64,000 nucleotides of DNA from an uncultured Solirubrobacteraceae bacterium (GTDB taxonomy: Bacteria; Actinomycetota; Thermoleophilia; Solirubrobacterales; Solirubrobacteraceae). The notes beneath the pieces were generated by a model. That model did no database searches, was not told where the DNA came from, and saw nothing but the letters and a program-made list of their open reading frames with translations. The stretch is from assembly GCA_963736505.1 (NCBI GenBank), contig CAVTOZ010000004.1:47405-111404 (forward strand), written 5' to 3'. The position numbers and the translations under genes were made by a program. Shown here in pieces: positions 10,457 to 20,482 of this stretch. The first letter of the stretch is position 1; each line of letters starts with the position of its first letter.

Positions 10457-11131
10457 ATGCGCGTTCTGGTGATCGACGACGAACCAGCCCTGCGCAACTC
10501 GTTGCAGCGCGCGCTGGAGCTCGAGCGCTACCTGGTGTTCTTGGCCGAGGACGGCGAGAAGGCGCTGCGCCGGCTCGAGCACGAGGTCGTAGACGCGATC
10601 ATCCTCGACGTCTCGATGCCGAACATGGACGGACTCGACTTCGCTCGAAGGCTGCGGGATGCGGGCGACCGCACTCCGATCCTGATGCTGACCGCGCGAG
10701 ACGCGGTGGCCGACCGCGTCGACGGTCTTGACGCCGGCGCGGACGACTACCTCGTCAAGCCGTTCGCGCTCGCAGAGCTCCACGCGCGCTTGCGAGCGCT
10801 GTTGCGACGCATCGAATCTCCAACGGAGCGGATCAGCTTCGGCGGTCTCGTCCTGGATCCGCTGACGCGCGACGTCTATCGCGGCGGTCGCCGGATCGAG
10901 CTGTCGCGGACCGAGTACTCGCTGCTCGAGCTGTTCATGCGCAACCCGCATCAGGTCCTCACGCGCACCACCGTCTTCGAGCGCGTCTGGGGCTATGACC
11001 CTGGCGAGGCGTCCAACTCCCTGGGCGTCTACATGGGCTACCTGCGCCGCAAGACAGAGCAGGACGGCGAGCCGCGACTGCTGCATACGGTGCGGGGTGT
11101 CGGCTACATCCTGCGCGAACACGACCGGTGA
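10457..11131 (+). CDS. OmpR/MprA-like response regulator
   Basis: MRVLVIDDEP, ILDVSMP, DDYLVKPF, LHTVRGVGY. Confidence 0.95.
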   Translation: MRVLVIDDEPALRNSLQRALELERYLVFLAEDGEKALRRLEHEVVDAIILDVSMPNMDGLDFARRLRDAGDRTPILMLTARDAVADRVDGLDAGADDYLVKPFALAELHARLRALLRRIESPTERISFGGLVLDPLTRDVYRGGRRIELSRTEYSLLELFMRNPHQVLTRTTVFERVWGYDPGEASNSLGVYMGYLRRKTEQDGEPRLLHTVRGVGYILREHDR

Positions 11132-12540
11132 GTCTTCGCGGACGCCTGACGCTGATGTCGGCGGGGGTCGTCGGCGTCATCCTGGCAGCAGCGTCAGCGA
11201 TCTGCTTCACCGCGATGCGATCGGAGCTGCGGGGGCAGGTCGACGAGTCGCTGCGACAACAGGCCAGGCTGATCAGCACGGTGAGCGCGACGACGCTGGA
11301 CTCGCGACGACTGCCCACGCCGCCGAAGCAGAGCGGCGGCGGCGCGCCCTATGTGCAGTTCGTTTCGCGAAACGGCCACGCCACGGTACCGCCGGACGAA
11401 ACGGTGGCGATCCCGGTCACGGCCGTCGACCGTGCGGTCGCGAGCGGGAAGCGCACGCAGGTGCTGGCCGACCGCCGCGTGAGCGGTGTTCACCTGCGCG
11501 TCATCACCGTGCACGTGAGCACCGGAGCGGTGCAGCTCGGACGCTCGCTGGAGAGCATCGACTCGGTCCTCGACCGGCTTCGGCTCCTGCTCGCGGCGTT
11601 GGTGCTCGGCGGAGTGGCGGTCGCCGCCGCGGTCAGCCGCGCCTTCTCCCGCCCAGTCATCGCGCCGATCGCCTCGCTCACCGACGCCGCCGCGCACATC
11701 GAAGCGACCGGGGATCTCCGCCGCCGGATCGCCGTCGGCGGCAGCGACGAAGTCGCGCGGATGGCGTCAAGCTTCAACGCGATGCTGGACCGCGTGCAAT
11801 CTTCTCAGGCCGCGCTGGAAGCGTCGTCGCGAGCCCAGCGCCAGCTCGTCGCGGATGCGTCGCACGAGCTGCGCACGCCGGTCGCGAGCCTGCGCACCAA
11901 CGTCGAAGTCCTCCAGCTCGCGGGCGACTTCAGCGATGGGCAGCGGGCGTCGTTGCTCGCCGACGTCGTCGAGCAGACCGACGAGCTCACCGCGCTGGTA
12001 GGCGATCTGATCGAGCTCGCGCGCGGTGATGAGCCGACGACCGACATCGAGGATCTCGACCTGGCCGGCATCGTGCGTGACGCCCTCCTCCGGGCGCGAC
12101 GCCACGCTCCGGCGACCACGTTCGTCGAGCAGCTCGAGCCGTGGCCCATCAACGGCTCTCGCGAGCGACTCAGCCGCGCGGTGAACAACCTCCTCGACAA
12201 CGCCGCGAAGTTCAGTCCACCTGGCGCAAAGGTTGAAGTGCAGCTACGTGGCGGCGACCTCCGCGTGCGCGACCACGGACCCGGCGTCCCGCCGGACGAG
12301 CTCCCGCACATCTTCGACCGCTTCTACCGGGCCCGCAATGCCGCCTCGCACCATGGCTCCGGGCTGGGCCTGGCCATCGTCAAACAGGTCGCTGACGCCC
12401 ACGGCGCACGAATCTCCGCGCGCTCCGCCGATGACGGCGGGCTGGTGGTACACCTCAGCTTCGGTGACGGCGCGCAGCACCTACCCCCGGACCCAGGAGC
12501 GGGCCGTGGAAGACCCAACGCGCGTTCAGGCATGACTTGA
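11128..12540 (+). CDS. HAMP sensor histidine kinase
   Basis: Two TM segments; DASHELRTP, NLLDNAAKF, DHGPG, GSGLGL. Confidence 0.95.
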   Translation: MSLRGRLTLMSAGVVGVILAAASAICFTAMRSELRGQVDESLRQQARLISTVSATTLDSRRLPTPPKQSGGGAPYVQFVSRNGHATVPPDETVAIPVTAVDRAVASGKRTQVLADRRVSGVHLRVITVHVSTGAVQLGRSLESIDSVLDRLRLLLAALVLGGVAVAAAVSRAFSRPVIAPIASLTDAAAHIEATGDLRRRIAVGGSDEVARMASSFNAMLDRVQSSQAALEASSRAQRQLVADASHELRTPVASLRTNVEVLQLAGDFSDGQRASLLADVVEQTDELTALVGDLIELARGDEPTTDIEDLDLAGIVRDALLRARRHAPATTFVEQLEPWPINGSRERLSRAVNNLLDNAAKFSPPGAKVEVQLRGGDLRVRDHGPGVPPDELPHIFDRFYRARNAASHHGSGLGLAIVKQVADAHGARISARSADDGGLVVHLSFGDGAQHLPPDPGAGRGRPNARSGMT

Positions 12541-12637
12541 TGCCCTCGATCGCCCGGCGCGACCGAAACGCATTCAGAGGTCCGGCTCAATGCCGCGCCG
12601 CGAGGACCGCGCCCGAAGACGGAGGAGTGCCGGCGCA

Positions 12638-12666
12638 GAGCCGGCGGCCCGAAGAGCCGCCGGCTC
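12638..12666. terminator. Hairpin after the GH3 stop codon
   Basis: GAGCCGGCGGC-CCGAAGA-GCCGCCGGCTC, perfect 11-bp stem. Confidence 0.6.
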
Positions 12667-12678
12667 CGCGTGGCGTGA

Positions 12679-15600
12679 TTACGGCTGGGTCGTGGACAGG
12701 GTGAACGTGAGCGTCTTCGCGTACGTGCCCGTGCGAAGCGCGTCGTTGGCGCCGATCGGCTGCTTGAAGCCGACGGCGACTGTGTCGTTGGACACCGGCC
12801 CGCTGTAGGTCAGAACGGTGGTCGGGTTCGACGTACCGCCAACCGGTGCAAACGCGCTGCCGGTGCCGAGCGGGCTCGACGCGTTGACCTGGAGTACCTG
12901 TGGCAGCGAGAAACTGCCGTTCGTCAGGTGCCCCGTGGCGATGCTGCTCGGATCGGCGATCGAGAGCATGCCGTCGCCCGCGGTGGAGATCACGTTGGCG
13001 GTGGTCGTGGCCAGGTAGTCCTTGGCCGTGCCCGGCGTGAACGGACCGAACGTCGCCGGCGCGCCGAGCGTGAGCGCCAGCGTGGCGGGCACGTTGCCGC
13101 CCACCGTGGTGCTCTGCTGAACGGGCGGGATCACGATCAGGGCGGACTCCGAGGTCTTCACACCGGAGACGGTCGCGGTGACCGTGACGCGCACGTGCCC
13201 GACGCGGTTCACGGTCAGGACGCCCGCCGGGGTCACGGTCGCTCCGGCGGTGTTGGTGTCCATCGGAGCGATCTGGTAGCTGTAGGTCGTCCCGGGGGCG
13301 GCCGGCACCACGCTCGCGGACAGCTGGAATCCCGTGTTGGCCTTTGCGAGCGGCACATTGATGTCGCCGAAGTCGATCCGCGACGTGTGGGTGTTCGGGA
13401 ACTTCGTGCCGGTGGCGTCGGGACGGCCCGAGGTGACCACGACCGGGAACGTGGTCGACTTGGTCTCGCCGTCGGCCGTGGCCGTGGCCGTGATCAGCGC
13501 CGCACCCATGGACACCGGGGCGACGGCGCCCGTGGCGTCGACGGTGGCGACCGACGGCTCCGAGGAGGTGTACTTGACCGTGAGCGCGGGATCCGTCAGA
13601 TCCCAGAACGACATGTCGTGCTTGGTCACCGAGAGCTGAGCGTTGATCCGGTTGTCCGGAGTGTCGAGACTCAGCTCCGTGCCGTCCGGCTGGGCCGAGA
13701 CCACGTCGACGCCGGCCGTGCGCTGCCCGGTCACCGTCAGGGTCACGGGCTTGCAGGTCCGCGTCCGCGGAGCTCGGACCCGGCCAGGAGGGTCCAGTCG
13801 CCCGTCGGGAAGTTCTTCCTGTGGTGCACGTCATCCCAGAACCACAGGTCCCCGGCGCCGATGGTCACCCGCACGGTCTCCGGGTTTCCCGCAGAGATCA
13901 GCCCGCTCTTGGCGAAGCCCTTCAGCTGCTTGAGCGGACGATCGTCCCCGTTGGCACCCACGGGCGCCTTGGCATAGACCTCGACCACGGCCTTGCCCGG
14001 GTGGTTCGGATCCTGGTTGGAGACCGGCACCGAGACCGTCACCGACTGGTCCGGGGTGATCGTCGCAGACGACAGTGTGGGTGCGCCGTAGGCGAAGCGC
14101 GAGTAGGACAGGCCCTGCCCGAACACATAGTCGGGCGCTGCGCAATTGGGACCGACCTGGTAGTAGAGGTAGGTGCGACCGCACATGGCCCCTTCCGCCT
14201 TGGTCATCCGGTAGTCCTCGATCGCGCGGGACGGAGCGGCCGCCGGCCCCAGCTGCGCGTCGACGTTCGAGTACCACGTCAGCGGCAGCTTGCCCGAGAA
14301 GTTGGCGACCGCCGTGCGGCCGTCCTCGAGCGTCACGGTGTCGTTGTAGAGCAGCGACGCCATCGCCGGGCCCTGGTACATGCCGTCGAACGACGACCAG
14401 ACGATCGCGCCCACCTCCGGCAGGTCCTTGAACGGGCCGACATCGACCATCGTCTTGCCCTGGATCCACACCACGATCTTCTTGTGATATTTGGCTGCCA
14501 GCGGGGCGATCGAGTTCTTGATCAGCTCGGCCTGCATGCGGGGCAGGGCGACCGTCGTGCGGTCGGTGCCCTCGCCGCCGTCGCTGGTCGTGTGGCCGAC
14601 GACGATCACGATGTTGTCGGCCTGGGAGATCCGGTACTCCGCCGTCGCTGCGTCCGTGGCCGGATCGCAGGGGTTGCTCGAGCACAGCGAGGTCGTGATT
14701 GCGGTGCCGCCGCTGTTGAGCACATCGGGGAACGCCGCGAAGTGATCTGACAGGAACGGCGTCGAAGAGCCCGCCGTCACCGCCGAAGGCGACGATCCGT
14801 TGCGCGTCGCCAGCGCCTGCTCGAACGTGGTCTTGCTCTGCGCGGGACCCGAGTAGGACCCCGCCTGGAAGGTGTTGAGACTGCTGACGTGCCCGAGCGC
14901 GACGGTCTGACCCGTACCGGCGCCCGTGAACGGAAGCGTCCCGTCGTTCTTCAAGAGAACCGGGGCCTCCAGGCCCGACTCGTGGGCGACCGCGCGATGG
15001 GCGGCCGAGGCCAGCTTGACGTTGGGGTCGCCGGTCGAGGAGAGCGTGTAGGAGTCGTCGTTGTACGGCACGGAGCCGGTCGGGTCGAACTCACCCGTCT
15101 GGAAGCGGGCGGTGAACGCGCGCTCGAGGGCGATATCGAGATCGGCCGCGGTGACAAGACCCTGGTCCTGGGACGCGGACAGGCCGGTGGACGAGGGGTA
15201 GTCCGAGCCCGAGCAGTCCTGATCGGTGCCGGCCTTCAGCGCCCAGGCGTCACCCTGAGCCTTGTTGATCTGCGTCAGGCCGCCGAGCTGGACGGGATGC
15301 CACGAGTGACCCTGGGTCCCGGTCTGCCAGACGCGGGTGATCGCGTCGCAGTCCGAGACGACGTATCCGTCGAAGCCGAACGAGCGGCGCAGCAGGGTCT
15401 CCAGCGTGTACCTGCTTGAGGCGCTGGGCGTCCCGGGCGTGCCATTCGGGGTCGCGTTGTCGCGAGGACTCCACAGGGTCGGGAAGCTCGAAGCCGACGG
15501 GTACTCGGTGGTGTAGTCCTCCTTGAGGCCGACGGCGTTGTAGGCGGACATCAGCGATCGCGCCCCCGCTTTGCCCGCGGACATCGCGAACGGCACCGTG

Positions 15601-16442
15601 AAGTACTCGAGCAGCGAGCGCTCGGTGACGTTCGAGGTGCCGAAGTTGCGGTTCGCCTCGGAGTTGTTGGCCAGGTAGTGCTTCGGCGTGGCGATCGCCT
15701 CGATGTAGGAGCTCGGGCCCGTCGCCACCGTGTCGGGCTTCGGCGAGTCGTTGTTCTGCAGACCGCGGACGAAGGCGCCCGCGACGTCGCCGGTCAGGAA
15801 CGGATCCTCCGAGTAGGACTCGTCCGCGCGGCCCCACCGGGGATCGCGGTTGAGGTTCTGGTTGGGCGAGAAGTAGGACAGGCCCCAGCACGCGCCGCCC
15901 GTGGGGTTCGGGTTGGCCACACCCGGCGGACAAGAGGTGTTGTAGGTGTCCCGGCCCTCGTCGGCGATGCCGCCGGCGATCGTCTTGACCAGACCGGGGT
16001 TCCACATCGAGGCGATCGCGGTGCTCTGCGGGTACTGCGTGTAATTGCTGTTCCCCGGCAGCGTCGGGAAGTAGATCCCGTGATTGGCCTCACTCCAGTA
16101 GCCGTACGACTTCACGCCAAGGCGAGGGATCGCCGACGGCTTCGCGGCAAAGGTGGAGTGCGGCTGCATGGCCCTGAACTGGTCGAGCTTCTCTTCCATC
16201 GTCATACGCGAGACCAGGTCGGCTGCGCGAACGCTGAACGGCAGCGACGTATCCAGATACGCCGGCGGCTCGTCGACGGCCGCCGCCCGCGGCGCCGAAC
16301 CGGCGAGGCCGACGCAGCCGAGCCCCAGCACCAGCGCCCCTCCCGCGAACGACATCTGCGCACGACCACGACCCGATCGCATGCGACTGCCGACTACGCG
16401 CAACGCCGCGCTTGATGCCCCAAATCCCCGCACTGTGCTCAC
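12679..16442 (-). CDS. Secreted GH3 beta-glucosidase/xylosidase with Fn3-like and Ig-like domains and a conserved C-terminal domain; split by two +1 indels (~13780, ~13748)
   Basis: SEANHG, RDPRWGR..ESYSEDP, ATPKHY, YVVSDCDA nucleophile, FGQGLSYS. Removing one G and one C joins ORFs 13743-16796 and 12679-13746. GTG 16442 has RBS GGGGAGAG. Confidence 0.85.
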
Positions 16443-16483
16443 CTCTCCCCGCTGACAGCGGACCCCGGCCCAATCGCCAGCGA

Positions 16484-16513
16484 AAGCTAGACCCTCGAGT
16501 TCCTCCGAGTCAA
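16484..16513 (-). promoter_or_regulatory. Candidate sigma70-type promoter of the GH3 gene
   Basis: TTGACT-N18-TAGCTT on the minus strand. Confidence 0.45.
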
Positions 16514-16662
16514 GGACAAACGATCCTGAAACGTGGGCGCGACTCCTCAGCAGTCTGACAAACCCACCCCCGTATGCTCCGCGACGTGCCGGAGGGACCT
16601 GGCTCGCTCGAGGCGCTTCGCCGGCTCGAACGCGGCGCAGGTACGAGTCACGAGCTGACGTC

Positions 16663-16893
16663 GCGTACCGCCAACGCCAGATCACGATCGAGCCCGTGTT
16701 CGGCCAGATCAAGTTCAACCGCGCGATCAAACGCTTCCACCGCCGCGACCCACAACCTCTTGAAGCTCCACAACTACCGACTCGCTGCCGCGACACCCTG
16801 ACCGCGGCGGCGGTTTCCCCGCCGGCGGCGCCCCGACATTCACTGCCGCGCCGGGCCGATCGGACCGCCCGCCCGGAATTACCCGACAGCCTC
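16663..16893 (+). mobile_element. IS1182-family transposase 3' remnant with internal deletion
   Basis: AYRQRQITIEPVFGQIKFNRAIKRFHRR / ATHNLLKLHNYRLAAA*, then an end-like sequence ...CCCGACAGCCTC. Confidence 0.7.
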
Positions 16894-16930
16894 GACGAAA
16901 AGGAGCAGTCGCCCGTCAGACTGCCGCTGA

Positions 16931-17240
16931 ATGGTTGAGCAACTCGCAGCCTGGTACGAGCGGGAGCGCACCGACTTGAAGGCGCGAGGCAATGACCCGA
17001 CGTTGGAGCGCAAGTCCCGATGACGGGCGGGACAGGGCCTCGGCGTGGCTAACGGTGACCCGAGGCGAGACTGCGGGCCAGATCACCATGTGGGAAAGCG
17101 GCGAATGCGAGCTGTGGGGTCCGGTGCGCGAGGAGGAGATACCTGGAACAGATCCGCAGGCGGAGCATCGGCAGCTAGGGCCCGTGCATCGCGGCTTCGC
17201 GGACTGGTACGGGGCTGGCCGCGTTCCTCAAGCCGGCTGA
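16931..17240 (+). CDS. TriTu-like putative immunity protein, frameshifted at ~17012
   Basis: MVEQLAAWYERERTDL..LER / SPDDGRDRASAWLTV..GQITMWESGECEL; one extra A. Confidence 0.5.
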
Positions 17241-18189
17241 GCAGGCAGTCCCCGTTGGTCAGCCCCGTCTGCGGCGGCGCGCTGGCGGGCAGCCCGAACC
17301 GAGGGAAGAGCGCGGCGTCGGTGAACACGGTCATCGCGGTGATGCCGTCGCGGGCGATCGTGAGGACCACGATCGCGTAGGGCGTGCCGTGCCAGTACGC
17401 GGCGGCGGCGGGCTGCCCGTTAGCCGTCGTCGGGATCAGGCGCCAGGCGCCGGGCCGGTGCAGAGAGCGCCCGATGAACTCCAGGCAGGTCCGCTTGCCA
17501 CTAAACCACGTCTTCGACTTCGTCCCCTCGAGCGTGGCGTCGTCACGCAGGACGCGTTCCAGGGAGTGGATGTCGGCCTGCTCGAAGGCCCTGATGTAGC
17601 CGTCGAGGAGCGCGCGGACCTCGGGCTCGGTCGGCTCGACGACGTCGCGCTCGTCGAGCGGCGCCTCGGAGAGCTTCGCGCGGGCGCGCTGCAGGATGCT
17701 GCGGGTGGCGGGTACGGTCGTGCCGAGCGCGTCCGCGATCTCTTCGGTCTTCCAGTCGAGCACGTCGCGCAGGATGAGCACCGCGCGCTGGCGCGGCGGC
17801 AGATGCTGCAGGCTGGCGATCATCGCCAGTCGCAGGCTGGCGTTGGCGGTCGCCACGTCGGCGGGGTCGGGCAACGGCTGCACCCACAGCACGTCGGGAT
17901 CCTCGGGAAGGGGTTGGGACGGGTCGTCCTCGGGTGCGCTGAGGACGTTCGGCAGCGCCCGGCGCGGACGTCCCTCCAGCGCGGAGAGGCACGCGTTCGT
18001 GGCGATGCGGTAGAGCCACACCCGCACGGAGGACCGACCCTGAAAGCCGGTCCAGCCGCGCCACGCGCGCACATACGTCTCCTGCACGAGATCCTCGGCG
18101 TCCGCGCCCGAGCCGAGCATCCGGTAGCAGTGCCGGAGCAGCTCGGCGCGGTAGGCCTCGGTGGCCGCGACGAAGGGCGCGTCGCGCAT
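17083..18189 (-). CDS. ECF sigma factor, SigG-like with SnoaL-type C-terminal extension
   Basis: ELLRHCYRMLGS..AEDLVQET, WLYRIATN, LPPRQRAVLILRDVLDW, ALLDGYIRAFE. Confidence 0.9.
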   Translation of the reverse strand: MRDAPFVAATEAYRAELLRHCYRMLGSGADAEDLVQETYVRAWRGWTGFQGRSSVRVWLYRIATNACLSALEGRPRRALPNVLSAPEDDPSQPLPEDPDVLWVQPLPDPADVATANASLRLAMIASLQHLPPRQRAVLILRDVLDWKTEEIADALGTTVPATRSILQRARAKLSEAPLDERDVVEPTEPEVRALLDGYIRAFEQADIHSLERVLRDDATLEGTKSKTWFSGKRTCLEFIGRSLHRPGAWRLIPTTANGQPAAAAYWHGTPYAIVVLTIARDGITAMTVFTDAALFPRFGLPASAPPQTGLTNGDCLLSRLEERGQPRTSPRSRDARALAADAPPADLFQVSPPRAPDPTARIRRFPTW

Positions 18190-19094
18190 CAGCCGATCAG
18201 CGGCGAGACCCATGCCCCGAGCCTGGCGATCGCGGCGTCCGCCGGGTCGCCGTGGCCCGCGTCGAACTGGAAGGTGTGCTGCTGGCCGTCGACGACGTCC
18301 AGCCGTACGGCGACGCCGGCCTGCTCGGCGCGCGCGACGAGCCGCCGGGCGTCGTCGAGCAGCATCTCGGCGCCCCCGACCTGGACGTACATCGGCGGCA
18401 TCCCGACGAGGTCGGCGAACGCTGGGCTTGCCAGCGGATCCCGCGCGTCGCCGTCGGGCCCGAGGAACAGCGCGGCCAGGCCGTGCAGGTCCGCGGGCGA
18501 CGGGTCGCCGAACAGCAGATCGGTCGGCCGGTTGGTCTCGATCGAGGGGTAGTCGAAGGTCATGTCGGTCCACGGCGACAGCAGGAGCAGCGCGGCCGGA
18601 TCGGGAAGCCCGCGCTGACGCGCGCGCAGCACGGTGGTGAGGGCCAGGCCACCGCCCGCGCTGTCGCCGGTGAAGGCGACGTCGCGCGCGGCGACGCCCT
18701 GCTTCAGCAGCCAACCGTAGACGTCGGTGCACTGGTCGACCTGCACGGGGTGCTGGTGCACCGGCGTGTGGTGGTACTCGACGATCAGCGCTCGGGCGCC
18801 CGCCGCCTTGGCGAGGTGCCCGAAGAGCTTGCGGTGCGTCCACACGGAGCCGCCGATGAAGCCGCCGCCGTGCATGCACACGATCACGCCGCCGCGCACG
18901 TCGTGCGGGACAGCCCACAGGGCGGGCACGCCGCCGGCGTCGATCTCGGCGTAGTCGACCGCGCCCGGCTCGGCGGTCACGTCCCCCCAGCGGGCGTTCA
19001 GTGCGGCGAACTCCTCCGGCGACAGGCCGGCGTCGGCGGCGGACGCGTTGGTGGCCCGCCAATGATCATCGAGAGTCGAAACGAGTGTGCTCAT
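18189..19094 (-). CDS. Alpha/beta hydrolase fold-3 esterase/lipase
   Basis: HGGGF, GDSAGGGL, SPWTD, QQHTF. Confidence 0.92.
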   Translation of the reverse strand: MSTLVSTLDDHWRATNASAADAGLSPEEFAALNARWGDVTAEPGAVDYAEIDAGGVPALWAVPHDVRGGVIVCMHGGGFIGGSVWTHRKLFGHLAKAAGARALIVEYHHTPVHQHPVQVDQCTDVYGWLLKQGVAARDVAFTGDSAGGGLALTTVLRARQRGLPDPAALLLLSPWTDMTFDYPSIETNRPTDLLFGDPSPADLHGLAALFLGPDGDARDPLASPAFADLVGMPPMYVQVGGAEMLLDDARRLVARAEQAGVAVRLDVVDGQQHTFQFDAGHGDPADAAIARLGAWVSPLIG

Positions 19095-19187
19095 ATCTCT
19101 ACAGACCGCCGCCGTGCCCGAGATGCATCGCTCACTCGTCAGGTGAGACCCACGACAGTGTGGACCCGCCGGCACGCATCTTCGTCG

Positions 19188-19315
19188 GTGATCGGCGACA
19201 CGGCACGCGGCTGCGACCGGCGACCCACGCGGTTCCGAAAGGAGCTGCTCCCCTTCGAGGGCCGGCCGGTGCTCCAGCACGTCGTGGAGGAGTTCATCGC
19301 GGCGGGCGTCGCCGA
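19188..19315 (+). pseudogene. N-terminal fragment of a GalU-like nucleotidyltransferase
   Basis: HGTRLRPATHAVP / KELLP..RPVLQHVVEEFIAAGV, with an extra A at ~19239. Confidence 0.6.
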
Positions 19316-19329
19316 TATGTCGTGCTCCA

Positions 19330-19410
19330 GCCGCATCCTCGACGCTGCAGCGCAGCTCTTCTACGAGCGCGGCGTGCACGCGGTGGGCGTGAACGAAATC
19401 GCGGCATGCG
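19330..19410 (+). pseudogene. TetR HTH N-terminal fragment
   Basis: RILDAAAQLFYERGVHAVGVNEIAA, then similarity ends. Confidence 0.6.
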
Positions 19411-19495
19411 CCCCGCTGTCGGATCGGGGCCATCCCGTTCGTCGTATGGGTGAGCCGCTCACGAGGAGCGGCACAACCGCACCAGGAGCGACGAC

Positions 19496-20110
19496 ATGAA
19501 GCTGACGACCATGACGCAGGTCACCATCGACGGAGTGATGCAGGGAAACGGCGGCCACGACGACCCCCGGAACGGATTCGAGCGCGGCGGCTGGGCGCGG
19601 GGCACGGGCGACGAGAGCACTACGAAGTTCATCAACGACACCTACGCGCGCGCCGACGCGTTCCTGTTCGGACGGCGGACGTACGAGATCTTCGCCGGCT
19701 CGTGGGGGTCCCTGACGATCGACGAGGTCCCGGGCTGGGTGCCCACCTGGCGGGCCCTAGACAGCCGGCCCAAGTACGTGGCCTCGACGACCCTGTTCGA
19801 CCCGGCGTGGTCGGGCACCACCGTCCTGCCTGATGACCTCGCGGGCGCCATCGCGGACCTGAAGGCCACGCCGGGCGGCGAGCTGCAGGTGCACGGCAGC
19901 GGCGTCCTGATCCGGTGGCTGCTGGAGAACGACCTGGTCGACGAGATGACGCTGGTCGTCGTCCCGGTGATCCTCGGCCAGGGCACGAGGCTGCTCCCCG
20001 AGACCGGCCCCGACCGTGCGCTCGAGCTGGTCGACTCGCGCGTCGACGCGAGGGGCGTGACGATCCAGGTCTTCCGACCGGTGGGGCGCCCGCAATACGC
20101 AACGGGCTGA
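19496..20110 (+). CDS. Dihydrofolate reductase family (RibD C-terminal) protein
   Basis: QVTIDGVMQG, FLFGRRTYE, ELQVHGSG, LVDEM. Confidence 0.9.
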   Translation: MKLTTMTQVTIDGVMQGNGGHDDPRNGFERGGWARGTGDESTTKFINDTYARADAFLFGRRTYEIFAGSWGSLTIDEVPGWVPTWRALDSRPKYVASTTLFDPAWSGTTVLPDDLAGAIADLKATPGGELQVHGSGVLIRWLLENDLVDEMTLVVVPVILGQGTRLLPETGPDRALELVDSRVDARGVTIQVFRPVGRPQYATG

Positions 20111-20152
20111 GCCCTGATCACCGACGCTGCAACCACAGGAGGCGATGTTCAG

Positions 20153-20482
20153 ATGAAGTACCTGATCTCCGTGATCGACGATTCGAGCAACCCCGGCCGG
20201 GCGGACCGCCGGCCCGGCATCAGCGCGTTCAACGAGCGACTGATCGCCGACGGCTACTGGGTCTTCGCGGGCGGACTCGCGGACACCGATGCGGCCACGG
20301 TCGTCGACAACCGGGGCGAGCAGCCGGTCTTCAGCGACGGGCCGTTCGTGGAGTCGAAGGAGTACCTCGCCGGCGTCTGGGTGTGGGAGGCCCCGGACTT
20401 GGACGTGGCCCTTCGGCTCGCCACCGAGGCGTCGAAGGTCTGCGACAGGAAGATCGAGGTCCGGCCGTTCCTGAGCGCGTGA
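20153..20482 (+). CDS. YciI/DGPF-family protein
   Basis: MKYLISV, DGPFVESKEYLAG, IEVRPF. Confidence 0.9.
   Translation: MKYLISVIDDSSNPGRADRRPGISAFNERLIADGYWVFAGGLADTDAATVVDNRGEQPVFSDGPFVESKEYLAGVWVWEAPDLDVALRLATEASKVCDRKIEVRPFLSA

Noticed and set aside
13740-13790. Programmed ribosomal frameshifting in the GH3, adaptor or redoxin genes
   Set aside because: No slippery heptamers or stimulators; the shared homopolymer-indel pattern is a simpler explanation.
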